DNA from: Dicyema japonicum
Taxonomy: Eukaryota > Animalia > Dicyemida
Direction of reading: 5' to 3'
Assembly (NCBI GenBank): GCA_011109175.1
Contig: RDEW01000037.1
Span: 40,635 to 104,634 of the forward strand
DNA: 64,000 nt
Shown here in pieces: positions 35,031-47,539 of the stretch (position 1 is its first letter; every line of letters begins with the position of its first letter). Under the pieces are notes generated by a model. That model searched no databases. It saw only the letters and a list, made by a program, of their open reading frames with translations, and was not told where the DNA came from. The position numbers and the translations under genes were made by a program.

Positions 35031-35154
35031 GTGATTAATAAGAGAATATAATTTTTTCGTAGAAAAATTTTCATTAATAATTGAGCAATTCGGCTAGTTG
35101 CTGGGTAATCTATTTTATACACAGTAAATCTAAGAGTTCGTAACCTGAAGCGAT

Positions 35155-35822
35155 AAAAGATCTTTTAACGAACTGACATATTTGATTCGTCTCTCAAAGA
35201 AAGATCCACCTTTTTGAGATGCATGTTTTGATAAAATTTCAATGTAATACAGAAGGACATTTGTACGTTGAATTAACTAATAAACATATTGACATTAAAG
35301 ATGTTAAAATTATTCAAGTTTATCCAAATTTATCAAATTTAACAATGAGAAAAATAGTTTCATCAGAAAAGAATCCCTTCTGCCATTTTATCCGAATTAC
35401 GTCTAATCATTCACAATTCGGTTTTATGATGACTCAGATTTGCTACATCTGCTATTAATGACTGGATTTAAAAAAATAGGATCCTTCAACCTCCATAGCA
35501 ACCACATACTGACAACTATTTATAACAGTACTCTAAAAATAATTGATCGATTGGAACGCATAAATATTCACGACGTCTTAATCACAGATTTAGAGAATTC
35601 ACTGATGGCTTTGAAAATTTAGACATTTTGTACATACAAGTAATGCATATTTAAACGGATACGATTGTGATTTCATTCCTCTTTCTAAAAAGCCGAGAAT
35701 CTTACTTACGTAAATTTAACTGGATAATTTATTAAAAGAAAAGTATTACGGAAGATAACAAAGTAAATGTTTTTATTAATTTCAGCCATATGGCTAAAAA
35801 AGATCTTTTAACGAACTGACAT
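35155..35822. repeat. 25-bp perfect direct repeats (35155-35179, 35798-35822) flanking an AT-rich, possibly coding segment
   Basis: aaaagatcttttaacgaactgacat x2; ORFs 35219-35458 and 35440-35622 and a candidate 23-nt intron (35763-35785) lie between. Confidence 0.8.
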
Positions 35823-35859
35823 TTTTTTGGTTGAGATGGTGACGTTTCTCTATAGCACA

Positions 35860-37950
35860 TATGTCTTTCTCACGTCTAATATCTAACTGCTTTTTTTCTG
35901 TGAATACCCTGAATGCAAGAGGACTCAATCCAACATACAAGAAGCTTCAGCTGTCACGTGATTTGGATCACTATAAGGCATCAGTATGCTGCCTACAGGA
36001 AACAAAAATAACTGACTATTCATAAAAATATATAATCAAATTGACTACATACTATGCAGACGAGGTCACAAACATCTCCTCGTAGACTCCAGGTCATATG
36101 GAGAATTAGAGACAAATAGTGATCATAAAATTGTGGTTACCCGCATTGGACTATACAAAGTCCATAACAAAATGAAAACACCTTCCAATAAAAAGCAGTA
36201 GCAATATGATATCCAATTATTACATGACAAGTCAACTCAACAGAAATATGCGTATCAACTAAATCTTGAACTTATATCGACGAAACTAAACCTGTTCATA
36301 TTATTTGGGACAAAGTCAATGTCGATAAAAGGTACAGCATGTGATGTGTTGGGAAGTATTACAAAACCCCGTAAATTTTACAATCATGATATTTGCGTCC
36401 TATCAGAAAACCGAAAGCCTTGAGATTGAAGATAGAAAACTCAAGGTCTCCAGAAAAGGCCAAGGAACTTCGGCAACAACGAAACCGAACATTATTAAAA
36501 ATCAAGCAAACTCAGAAATCCCTAACGGCTAAAGAAATAGAAAAACAAATTGAAGACATTGAAAAATATAAAGATGGAGTGAAAATGTTCAAAGCTATTC
36601 AATTAATAAGAAAAAGAGTGCAAACCCCATAATAATCAATGACATCAAAATAATTATCGATGAAAAGGACAAAGCAGCTACTATATCTGCTTATTACTAT
36701 CATATGCTCAACTGGGACAACGAAATAGGCTATAAATTTGGTGCACAAGTCAAGCATGGTTTGGACATCCCAATAAACACACAAGAAACACTGGATTCAA
36801 TTAAAAAATTGAAAAATGACAGATCGGCAGGACCAGAGAATATCCCAGCCGAACTTATAAAGTATTCCCCAGTGAAGTTGGTAACAATCATTACCAATAT
36901 ACTCAACAAAATATTTGAAGAAAACACTACGTTAGACATTGGCAAAAGTTGGTTAATTCCACTGCAAAAACGGGAAAACCCAAAGGGCCCCTTTCCAACC
37001 TAAGACCAATCATCCTACTAACTACGCTGCGAAAAATCTTGTCAATCATTACATTGGAAAGAATCAAAGACAAGGTGGAGTATTTTCTGTCATTAGGACA
37101 AAGTGGTTTCCGGTCAGGCATATCCACTGCCGATGTCATTTGGACACACAGATGGTCAAGTGCTCTATGCCAAAAAATATAAAAAGTGCATATATGTTTT
37201 CGGAATAGACATGTCCAGAGCGTTTGACTCAGTTCAAGTACTCACAAGCTTCCTGACAACGGATGATGTCAAAATTGTACAAAAACTACTGCAGAATACG
37301 CAACTAGCAACCAAACTCGGAAAAACTACTTCAGAATTCTTTTATACTTCACGTGGAATTCCGCAAGGAGACTCTGTCACCAGTTCTATTCATAATCTAC
37401 CTGGAGGCTGCACTGAGAGATTTCAGGCCTTTAATTGAGAACAACAAAATAATCGAGTTAATATATGCGGACGATCTTGACTTTGTTTCTGAGAATGTTG
37501 CTGACATACAACTGTGGGACATGGGGGATTACAAAACGGGAAATGGACAATCTGGATCAATTTCATAGAAATCAACTAAGAAACATCTTGAGAATACATT
37601 TCCCGAAAAGATATTAAATTCAGAACTGTACAAAAGATGTGGCTTAAGGCACATTATCAGAGGAGATTCTCAAGGCTAGATGGAGACTTTTTGGTCACAT
37701 CTTACGAATGGATATGTTGACTCCACCAAACATTGCAATGGAGAACTATTTCGCACAACTGAAGGGATCATTCCGTGGCAGGCCTAGAGTGACATTTCCT
37801 TCAGTACTAAATGATAACCTAATCCGAATAAACAAAACTCTACGAAATGGTGAAGATCTTGACTCACTACGAGCAATGGCCCGGAACAGGGGAACATGGA
37901 AGAGGATGTGTGGGAGGATACTGGACGTGGCACAAGGGGAACTTAATTAA
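35860..37950 (+). mobile_element. RTE-clade LINE ORF2, near complete, many frameshifts
   Basis: CLQETK, NQIDYIL, SDHKIV, SAGPENI, NLRPIILL, QSGFRSG, DMSRAFDS, GIPQGD, YADDL, FFGHILRM, GRPRVT. Confidence 0.9.
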
Positions 37951-37959
37951 TCTAATTAA

Positions 37960-38900
37960 TTTTTGATTTCCCGGTATTGCAGGTATTATCGCAGTGTTAA
38001 AGACATAAACAAAAGTCTCCGGGTCGAGCTTTAATTTTCTAGCGCTGTATAGAGCGTTCATAGCTTTTTTCTTTCGTATTTTAGCATGTTCCATAAAATT
38101 ACCTCCATCGTCAATTAGGAAACCAAGGTATTTCATAGTCTTCTTCCGAAATATGTCTTTTTAACAAGCTCTTTAGGTTAGCCATCCTCCTGCTTCCTGT
38201 TTTCCTCAGCATACCAGACTTCTCACGTGTCACCGAAAGGAAGTTTTCATTGCACCACTCTTCAATTTGGTCCATGTACGTTTTCAAACGTTTCTCAGAT
38301 TCCTAAGGGTTTAAAAAACATCATAAATTATGACGTCATCAGCGTATATCAAAAATTTCTGTACGTGGGTTTTCTGGAAAAAGCAATTCACTCATTACAA
38401 TGTTAAATAATAGAGGACTGAGCACTGAATCCTGAGGTACACCTCTTCTCAACTAAATTTAACGAGATTCATAGTTTAAAAAATTAACAATTAACCGTCT
38501 ACCCAAGAGCGAACTTTGTATCCAAAATAGAGTTCTTTCTCAATATCACATTTCGCAAGAAAAATAAAAATACCAAGATGCCACACACTGTCGAAAGCTT
38601 TTAATATATCAAGGCAGACTGCACTCAAACACCCTTTAGTTTCCAAAGCCTTCACAATTGACGCGATAACACTGTACAAACAATCTCCACAAGACCGATC
38701 TTTTCGAAAACCCCACTGATGCTCCTTTAGTATATCATTACGTTATATATTTCAGAAAGTCTGTTGAATACAATTCTTTCCATAACTTTTGAGATCGTTG
38801 GAATAAGGCTTATGGGCCTATAACTGGATGTTAACTACCCAGGTTTCCCAGATTTACGTATCATCCTGACCTTCGTCAATTTCCAATGCGAAAATATGTG
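37960..38900 (-). mobile_element. LINE RT fragment, family of 1-1200
   Basis: CLDILKAFDSVWH, GVPQDSVLSP, YADD, MKYLGF. Confidence 0.8.
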
Positions 38901-39039
38901 ACCCAACCTGATACTTCAATTTACATTGAATAGATTTTTCTCGGCCAGAAGATTCCAGTCAATATGCGCAGTTGGCTTCTGTGAAAAGAACCTAGCCTCA
39001 CTAAATCCGATTGGATTTCTATCCGTCTCGGGATCGACA

Positions 39040-39250
39040 TGTGCCAACTTCATCCATGTCTTTGTAGATCATTTGCCGACTACAAAGGTCTTCACCAGCT
39101 CTTTTGCCGCAAGAGCAAAAGCCGGTTTCCAATGTATGCAGCCATCAACGGGGTTGTGAAGCGCTCACTTGAGGCAGCTAGATTCCTGTCGTCTCTGGAA
39201 CCGGTGGGCCTTGATCGTGGAGATGGAAAGCGCCCAGATGGGGTATACAG
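39040..39250 (+). mobile_element. CRE-like family 2, fragment
   Basis: AAINGVVKRSLEAARFLSSLEPVGLDRGDGKRPDG, similar to 41050-41160. Confidence 0.75.
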
Positions 39251-39259
39251 GAGACCATC

Positions 39260-40430
39260 ATGACCTCATATATGTTGATGAAGCAACGTTGGGTGAGGGG
39301 AATAAAATCCTTGAAGAGGAATGCGTGTGGGCTACACGGCAATTAACGGGGAACAAGGCACCGTGGATTGACAACAGCGAATTGTTGAAGGCTATACAGG
39401 TGACAACTATCACCAGTCTATGTCAAAAAATTTGAGAAACTGGTATTTGGCCACGTGAGTGGAAAAGATCTATATTTATTCCAATACCGAAAAAAGGGGA
39501 TAGCAAGGACTGTTCAAACTATCGTACAATAGCCTTAATTCCTTACGTATCAAAATATTTATAAAGATAATACAACATCGTCTAATGCCAAATGCCGAAA
39601 TGATTCTACCGGATATCCAAGCAGGATTCAGGAAGGGACGAGGCACACGTGACCATATAGCAAATGTCCGGTGGATTATGGAGAAAGCCCATGAATCTTA
39701 AAAAAGTGTATACATGTGCTTCATTGACTATCGGAAAGCTTTTGATTCCGTTATACATGACAAGCTGTGGTCCGCTTTAAAAGAATTTGGATTCGATGCC
39801 CATCTGATATTGCTTATCAAATCTTTTTATAAGGATCAAGAAGCTACTGTTAGAACAGTGTATGGAGATACCGATTGGTCCAAAATTGGTAAAGGAGTAA
39901 GACAAGGATGCTTATTATCTTCCATCTATTCAATATTTATGCTAAATTGAATACTGTATCAAATAACGGGATTAAAATTGGAGGCAGGAACATCAATAAT
40001 TTGCGCTATGCTGACGATACAACTTTACTGGCTGAGACAGAGGATGGCCTCAGGGAGTTGATTCTAAGATTCAGAGAAGAGAGTGCCGTCTTTGGTATAT
40101 TGCTAAATATCAAGAAGACCAAAATTATGACTACTGCTAATAATGGAATAATGGAACTAAAAATTGGGAATGAGAAAATAGAGAGTTGCAATAATGTTGT
40201 CTTCCTGGGATCTCTAATTAATCGGAATGGTGACGGAGGCCTGAAAATCAAGAGGCGAATTGCCATGGGACGAGACACCTTCCAGAGAATGAATAGAATT
40301 TGGAAAAACAAAGATATTTGTTTAAGGACCAGATGCAGATTAGTTAATGCAATCGTGTTCCTGGTTTTTTTATACGGCGCAGAATCATGGACATTGAAAA
40401 AGGCGGATAGGCGAAGAATTAAGAATTTTA
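39260..40430 (+). mobile_element. RTE-clade (BovB-like) RT
   Basis: NYRTIAL, QAGFRKGRGTRDHI, FIDYRKAFDS, GVRQGCLLS, NNLRYADD, YGAESWTL. Confidence 0.88.
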
Positions 40431-40482
40431 ATTTACAGTTGTTTTTTTCAATGAACTGCTGAATGATCAAATAAATAAAATA

Positions 40483-41600
40483 ATGCAACAGCTCGATGCT
40501 ATCGATTCCCTCTTCCGGAGTACTATTGAACGTATCACAAATGTGAAATTTGACGACCAAGGGTGGGACCAAGCGACCCTACCCGTTAGCCTGGGCGGAC
40601 TGGGAATCCCTTCAACGAAAGATCTGGCTTGCCCTGCTTATCTATCCTCTTTGGGCTCCAGCCGACTGCTGGTCAGGATGATTCTTCAACTCCAAACAGA
40701 ATCATCTGAAATCACAGAGATGGAGCATTTGAAGGGGATGATGCCTGAGCAGAAAGATCGTTACAGGACCATCTGCGAGGATAAATATGAGAGGCTTCTG
40801 AACCAATCAAACCAACACAGACGTGCATGTCTAGTCACTGGAAGATGCGAATCGAGTGGCGCATGGATCAATCCACTCCCAGTTGGCAGTGTCGGGACCC
40901 ATCTTGACGACGATACTGTCCGCATCGGCATCTCCACCAGACTTGGACTGGAGATTTGCCGGACCCACAAATGCCGATGTGGCGCAACCGTCGATTGTTA
41001 TGGACTCCATGCCCTCTCTTGTCGAAGGAGTGCAGGACGATTCCCAAGACACAAGGCGATCAACGAAATTGTCAAGCGAGCCCTGGAGTCTGCGAAATAC
41101 CCAGCCATACTAGAACCTGTTGGTCTGGACAGAGGAGACGGAAAACGTCCCGACGGGATCACAATTTTCCCATTCGAAGTGGGGAAACCTTTGGTCTGGG
41201 ACGCTACTTGTGTCGACACGCTTTGCCCGTCCAACATTGTCGGGAGCGCGGTATACACACTGTATTCCGCGGAAAAAACGATGATGGCAAAGGAGAAGAA
41301 GTACGAAGCGCTACGCGACCGATTCGCGTTTTATCCGAAAGTGGTCGAGACAACTGGAGGAATAAGTGGAAAATCGCTTCGCTTCCTAAAGAAACTTGGA
41401 CGCTTAGCTACACTAAAAAGCCACGACGCACGTGAGACCCGGTGGCTACTCCAGTTGATCTCTGTTGCAATCGTGAGAGGCAACGCAACGTCGATAATGT
41501 CGGCGGGGTCCACTTTGGATGGATGGCAGTTTTAAATATGCTTTACTGGGGATAAATTAACTTGATTATTTTTTCAATTAATTATAAAATTGGTTTCTTT
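40483..41600 (+). mobile_element. CRE-like family 2, C-terminal half (open 350-aa ORF)
   Basis: LPVSLGGLG, CRCG.TVD.YGLHALSC, RHKAIN, KRPDG, WDATCVDT, VVETTGG. Confidence 0.92.
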
Positions 41601-41619
41601 TAATTTAACCCTTGATAAA

Positions 41620-41682
41620 GTTATTAAATTTTTTTTTCTTTACAAAACAATTTTTTTAACAATTAAACAAATGTCAGTTGAG
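41620..41682 (-). repeat. Inverted copy of the CRE family 1 3' end
   Basis: 41651-41682 is the exact reverse complement of 44468-44499 (32 bp); homology extends further with homopolymer differences. Confidence 0.9.
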
Positions 41683-44520
41683 CAAACACGTTTATTATTA
41701 AGTGAAACACGTTTATTAAGTGGTGTGGTGTGATCAACAAAAATCTCATAGAAAATAAAGAACGAAAAAAAGACAAAGTACGAGGAACAAATACAGTACG
41801 GATAAATCAGGTATGTTTTTTATGTGGAAAATCGAACATCAGGAAATATGGGATTAACTGCACTCAATGTGAATTATTCGCCCATCTGGGCTGCATAAAA
41901 ATGAGTAAAGCTTGCGCCGAGACGCTGTCGAGTTGGCTGTGCCCCTCTTGTATTGGAATGGAGGCCCCCAGGCGGGAAAAAATAATTCAGTCAAACTTTA
42001 CACTGCCACATACAGACATACTCTCTTGAAGATCTCGAACCTCAGGAAAGCCATGAAGATCCCAGTAAAAATCTCTAAAGGAGTACGAATTGCCGCAGCA
42101 ACGTGTCTTTCAGATGCCATTGATCATGCACTATCTTCTGACAGTTGGGAATCCTGGCTAAAACTTATATGCTTTGCACCTGTCGTACTCGGAATACCTA
42201 CAAAGGAATCTGAGGACAACAATAAAGAAACAAACTCCGACTCAACTTATCCGGGAAACTGAAACGAAACATAATGAATTTTAGCTGTCATAACATACAC
42301 GCAATACTTGAACATCCACTTAATGTCAATGAGGTCGAAACCAGAGGAGCATTCATCAAAGATGCCCCCAACAAACTAAAGGAGAGAGTAAACCGGAAAC
42401 TTCTGGAAGGCGACGTGCGGGCAGCCTTACGAGTTATCACATCCGATGACACAGTATTGTCTTGTACTCGCGAGGCCCTAAATTCCTTAATACTAAAGCA
42501 TCCAGATGCACCGACTGACTATGAAAAGTTTTTGAGCTTTCAAAAAACCCAACGGAGGAATCCGCCCCATTGCGGTCGGGAACTATTTTAGAAGACTTGC
42601 AGCAAAAGTAGCATCGACCATGGTGAGCCGACAACTTGGAGAGGAGTTCTTTCCTAAACAAATGGGTGTTAGTATCCAGAACGGATGTGAGGTTGCGGTT
42701 CATGCAGCAAGGCGTTTCTTCACACAGAAAAATATCTAAAATGAATGCATTGGAATCAAGTTGGACATAACGAATGCCTTTAATTCTCTCAGAAGAGACG
42801 AAATTATAAAAACGTGTTGGAAGCGGGCTCCAAAGCTTTACCCTCTTGTCAATCTATCCTATGGGGAAGATACGTCTTTGGTTTTTGAAAATGAAATTAT
42901 TAAATCAAAAACGGGTGTACAACAAGGAGATCCGCTCGGACCTCTATTATTTGCCTTGACCATTGATGAGGTTATGAGTTCAATTGATGCTCAGCTAAAT
43001 CTCCGGTACCTCGATGATGCCACAATTGGAGGATCGTTCAAAGAAACATACAATTCATTACGTAAAGCGTTACCCGCTTTAAAACATTTGGGCTTGGACA
43101 TCAATGTTAACAAATCAGAGCTAATAAATGTCTCATATCCATACACCGACTTCCTCTCTATCAAGGAGTCTTTTAACGAACTGCTTTCTGGGATCCCGAC
43201 TGTGCCAGTTGATAAATTATATTTCCTCGGATGCCCACTCAGCGAAGAAGAACTCAAGAACCATCTACTTTCCAAAAATGAAGAATTAACACGCCTTGCG
43301 AAAAGATTGTCATGTCTCGACTCTCACACATCTTTCTTCCTGATGAGAAACAACATCGGACTACCCAAGCTTTTATATCTACTCCGATGTTCACCCTGCT
43401 ACGAACAATATGACATTCTACTTTCAATAGACAAGTCTCTCAAGCAAACAGTGAGTCACTAATTAACGTCCGCTTCGACGAACTTGGTTGGAAACAATGT
43501 AAGCTTCCCTCTGGATTTGGGGGTGTCGGAATGAGATCGGCGCTGGAGGTTGCGTACCCGGCATACCTATCGTCTCTTTCAAGCTGCAGTCATTTGACAC
43601 GGCAAGTCCTTCATAACACAATTGGACTTCGCTGGAATGAGTCATTTGACGAAGCTTGTCGGAAATGGAACGGGTCCGGACTCAAAATCCCGAAGACACA
43701 ACGAAGCAAAGTAATTGGGATGACATAGTCTGCTCCAAAATTTTGGAAGACCTTAAAAAAGAACAAATCAACATCGTCTGGCTTGTTTGGTGTCAGCTTC
43801 AAGTAGAGGGACTGGAGCATGGCTTGGTGCAATACCTTGCCCATACCTCGGGACCTTTTTGGACGACGATTCTTTGAGGATTGGAATCGGACAAAGGCTG
43901 GGACTAGACATTTGCCAGGAGCACCGATGCCGATGCAGGAAAACAGTCGATGCGAGAGGATTGCACCCGCTGTCCTGCAGAAGAAGCGCCGGAAGTGAAC
44001 CACGTCATGCTGCTCTGAATGATGTGATCGTCAGAGCTCTGAAGGCTTCAGGCTTCCCAGCACAGCTTGAACCAGTGGTTCTTGATCGAGGAGATGGGAA
44101 GAGACCTGACGGGATGACCCTTTTCCCCTTCACCTCTGGAAGATCTTTGGTCTGGGACGCAACTTGCATAGACACTTTCTCAAGCACGAACATTTTTAAA
44201 TCGGTTCAGACACCTGGAGCAGCTGCTTCGACTGCGGATAACCTAAAAATCAAGAAATATTCTTGCCTCGGAGATCGCTACCGATTTACTCCTGTTGCGA
44301 CCGAATCATCGGGATCCGTTGGTCTAATGACGGCTGAATTCTTGCAAGAACTCGGAGGATTGCTTGTTAGAAAGAAAAGGGATCAACGAGAAGGGTTATG
44401 GCTAAGACAAAAGTTAGGAATAGCCATACTCCGAGGGAACTCGTTCGCAATCCGCGCACCAGGCTTCCTCAACTGACATTTGTTTAATTGTTAAAAAAAA
44501 TTTTGTTTTAAAAGTCATTA
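41683..44520 (+). mobile_element. CRE-like family 1, near full length: PHD finger - RT - CCHC - RLE, with frameshifts
   Basis: CxxC-x11-CxxC-x4-H-xx-C...WxCxxC at ~41811-41951; LDITNAFNS, GVQQGDPLGP, YLDDA, CRC..VD..GLH.LSC, RH..LN, KRPDG, KKY, ESSG. Confidence 0.93.
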
Positions 44521-44599
44521 AATAAATAGGAAAACCCTGTATATTTTTAAAATTATTTTCAATTAAATTTAAAAAAGAACGTGTTCAATTTTATCCTTG

Positions 44600-44890
44600 T
44601 AGGAATGTCCTGTTCAAATAATTCAATGAATAAAAATACATATATCAAGTATGGATTCACTCTGATAACTTCTGAAGGTAAATTAAAACCACAATGTGTC
44701 TTGTGTTCTGAGGTTTTGGCGTCTACTTCACTTAAGCCGACTTCACTTAAGTTAAAGAGGCATATAGAATCCAAACATCTTAGTTCAAAACAAAAGTGTG
44801 TTGATTTCTTCAAATTCAAAGCCCAAAGATTGATCTATTCAAGATTTGATCAATCTGGAATATTATCCCAAATATTTCATACGGTTTGAA
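44600..44890 (+). mobile_element. hAT (Charlie/Buster, ZBED5-like) transposase N-terminal zinc finger fragment
   Basis: YIKYGFT...KPQCVLCSEVLA..SLKP..LKRHIESKH. Confidence 0.8.
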
Positions 44891-45059
44891 AGCTTCTTAT
44901 CTAATTAGTAAGAAAATTTATATATTTCTAATCTCTCGAAAATTTGGAATTTTTTTAATTTTTTTATACGCATAATTGTAATTAAATAAATCATTTACAT
45001 GCATCATCCTCATGTTATGTCTAGTTCAGTGAATTATCCTAAATGCTACATTAAAGACG

Positions 45060-47216
45060 TCTCTGAAAAACCTACGACAAAAGAGGGAAGATGATAATTG
45101 AGGACCTCCATATCCTATGTATACTCAAAGATCCTCGACGTAATGATAAACCTTCTTCTATCGACATCTCATTGTCATCACCGTCCTTGGCCCCACTTAT
45201 TGACTGGTCAGTGAAGTATGACACCAGTAGTGACCACAACCCAATATTTTTGGAGGTCAAAACAAGGTCACGGATAAAAGGACAATGCCCAACAATAACT
45301 AACTACAGCCTTGCGAATTGGAAAGGATTCAAGGAATACTTCGATAATTGTATTGGACTATTAAATTTCCCCACTTTTCCCTCATTCGAACAATTAGTGA
45401 AATGGTTCAACTCCATTATAAACGATGCGAAAAAGAAGTACATTCCTATGGGGAGACAACCAACGTCATCAAAACGTTTTAACACAACGACGAAACATCT
45501 GATCAGCGAACGAAATAATCTAAAGATGGTAAAATCGCTACCAGAAGAGAACATCAGGAAAATACGAGAATTGAACAGAGAGATCGACAACAACATAAAG
45601 ACAGAAAATGCAAATAGATGGACGAAACTATCGAAAGCTCTCTACAAAAACCCCCCAATGCAAAAAGTGTGGAAGTGGATCAAAAACATCAAAAAACCCT
45701 CCCCAGAAAGAAAAGTTTAAGTCTACATAAAACCACACACTCTGATAAAATATTACACATCTATATCCTACAAGAAATTTTCAAAAGAACACCAAGTATT
45801 CCTGAAAAAGATTGAACCGAAACGGTCCGATGACTGGATCCTATTTACTAGTCAGGATGTTCGCAGAGCCATATCTAAGGCCAACAACTCAGAGCTCAAA
45901 GGACCAGACAACATAACCACATGTGAACTGAAGCACCTAGGCCATCGAGACCTGGAACTATTAGCCTATATATTCAACCTATCCATTAACACAAATACCC
46001 TGAAATATGGAAGAAGTCTCTAATCAGACCTATCCGAAAACCCAACACACCAATAGATGAACCATCTTCCTGTCGCCCAATATCTATTCTAAGTCCGGTC
46101 TCAAGGATCCTTGAAAGGCTTGTGTTGGAAAAAATACAAGACTCAATAACTCCGACCCAGCACGGATTCCGGGACAACCATTCGACACAACACACCTTAC
46201 AACCCTCACACAATTCATTGCGGAAGGATTTAACTCCCACAAACCACATCAGAGGACAGTACTTATATCCGTGGACATCACAAAAGCGTTCGACTCATTC
46301 CCCAGGTAACTCCTAACAAAGAAAACTCCTATACGAAACCAACATCCAGCCGAACCTGAAACTTCCTAAATGGAAGACGAGTACAAGTACTCTGCAACAA
46401 CATCAAATCAAGATCTTGCTATTTCCCAAATGGTGTCTCTCAAGGCTCCCCACTATCACCCCAACTCTTCAATCTCTACATAAACGACATGCCTTAACCT
46501 GTAATGAAAACTGTCTAATCCTCTCCTATGCCAACGATATTATTCTTGCTTCCAAGAACAGAAGCATTCAATCAGCGACTCAGTTGGCTCAACAAATGCT
46601 CGACAACTTGGAACTATGGTTCTCGAAGCGGAGACTTGACACATCAGCAGCAAAGTCCATTGTCACACTGTTTACCACCTACAAGAGACAGCTCTGTATC
46701 GAACCAAAAGTCTTTATGAAGAACGAAGCTATCTCTATTAAAAAAACACCGAGGATTTGTGAGTAACCTTTGATTAGGGACTCACCTTTATCCGGCATGT
46801 TGAAAACAGAGTAACTTATGCTCTGAAAAAAATGAGAATTTAAAAAGTGCTCCTTAATAGGCAATGCAAATGTCACGATCTTCTTCATTGAAATTATCTG
46901 CAATCGAGGAGACCCTAATAAAGTTAATTGGACCAGATCACTATATCCAACCGATTGAAAACTTTTTAATTGAACTACAACGGAAACTATAAAAGGAGGC
47001 TCTTCTACCGAGCTGTCCTCTATTCCAAATACTATCGAATTATCTAAAATCATACACAAATTATGAGCCGATGCCATGTCCAATGAGAAGAGCTCTTCAG
47101 GATTCTCGACCCCGCCGTACTCGTCCTCACTTTTATCGGTCTGGGATCACTTAGTTAGATAAGAACTTTTATTTCTTTCTCTTTGACCCAGTAATCCTGG
47201 GGTTAATAATAATAAA
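45060..47216 (+). mobile_element. APE-RT LINE, 5'-truncated ORF2 with intact-looking 3' tail
   Basis: SSDHNP, KGPDNI, QHGFRDNHST, DITKAFDS, NGVSQGSPLSP, YANDI; tail ctgggatcac...gtaatcctggggttaataataataaa. Confidence 0.88.
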
Positions 47217-47539
47217 GCCGTCTCTGCTTACAACTCTTTTTCATTAATAAATTTTCAACTAAATTAAAAATCTCTTAAGGTATATTGAGATATATAAAAA
47301 ATGGCAAAGAGCTTAATGAAATTGATCGCTTTAATAAACGAAAACTGAGCACAAAGCAGAATTATTTATACAAGATGGATATTTATGAATTGGACTGAGT
47401 ACATTCTCGAAGAAGTATACTTGTATAATTAATCACTGCATTCGTAAACAGGAATTTTAAATTATATAAAAGTAAAATGAAGACCCTTTTTGGATATATC
47501 TAGAAATTCCTGCTTTCAACACAAAGGTACCTGCACTAT

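Noticed and set aside
43338-43357. ctgatgagaaac minimal hammerhead core
   Set aside because: It lies inside RT coding sequence (FLMRN), has no stem II, and the paralog at 21655 has ctgatggaaaac.
2445-44520. Spliced-leader, rDNA or telomeric target sites for the CRE-like elements
   Set aside because: No shared flanking sequence beyond the elements' own 3' UTR, and no rRNA, snRNA or TTAGGG-type repeats were seen.
244-47083. Numerous short ORFs antisense to or overlapping RT fragments (e.g. 40006-40572, 40956-41435, 46679-47083)
   Set aside because: They are shadows of retroelement coding frames with no independent motifs.
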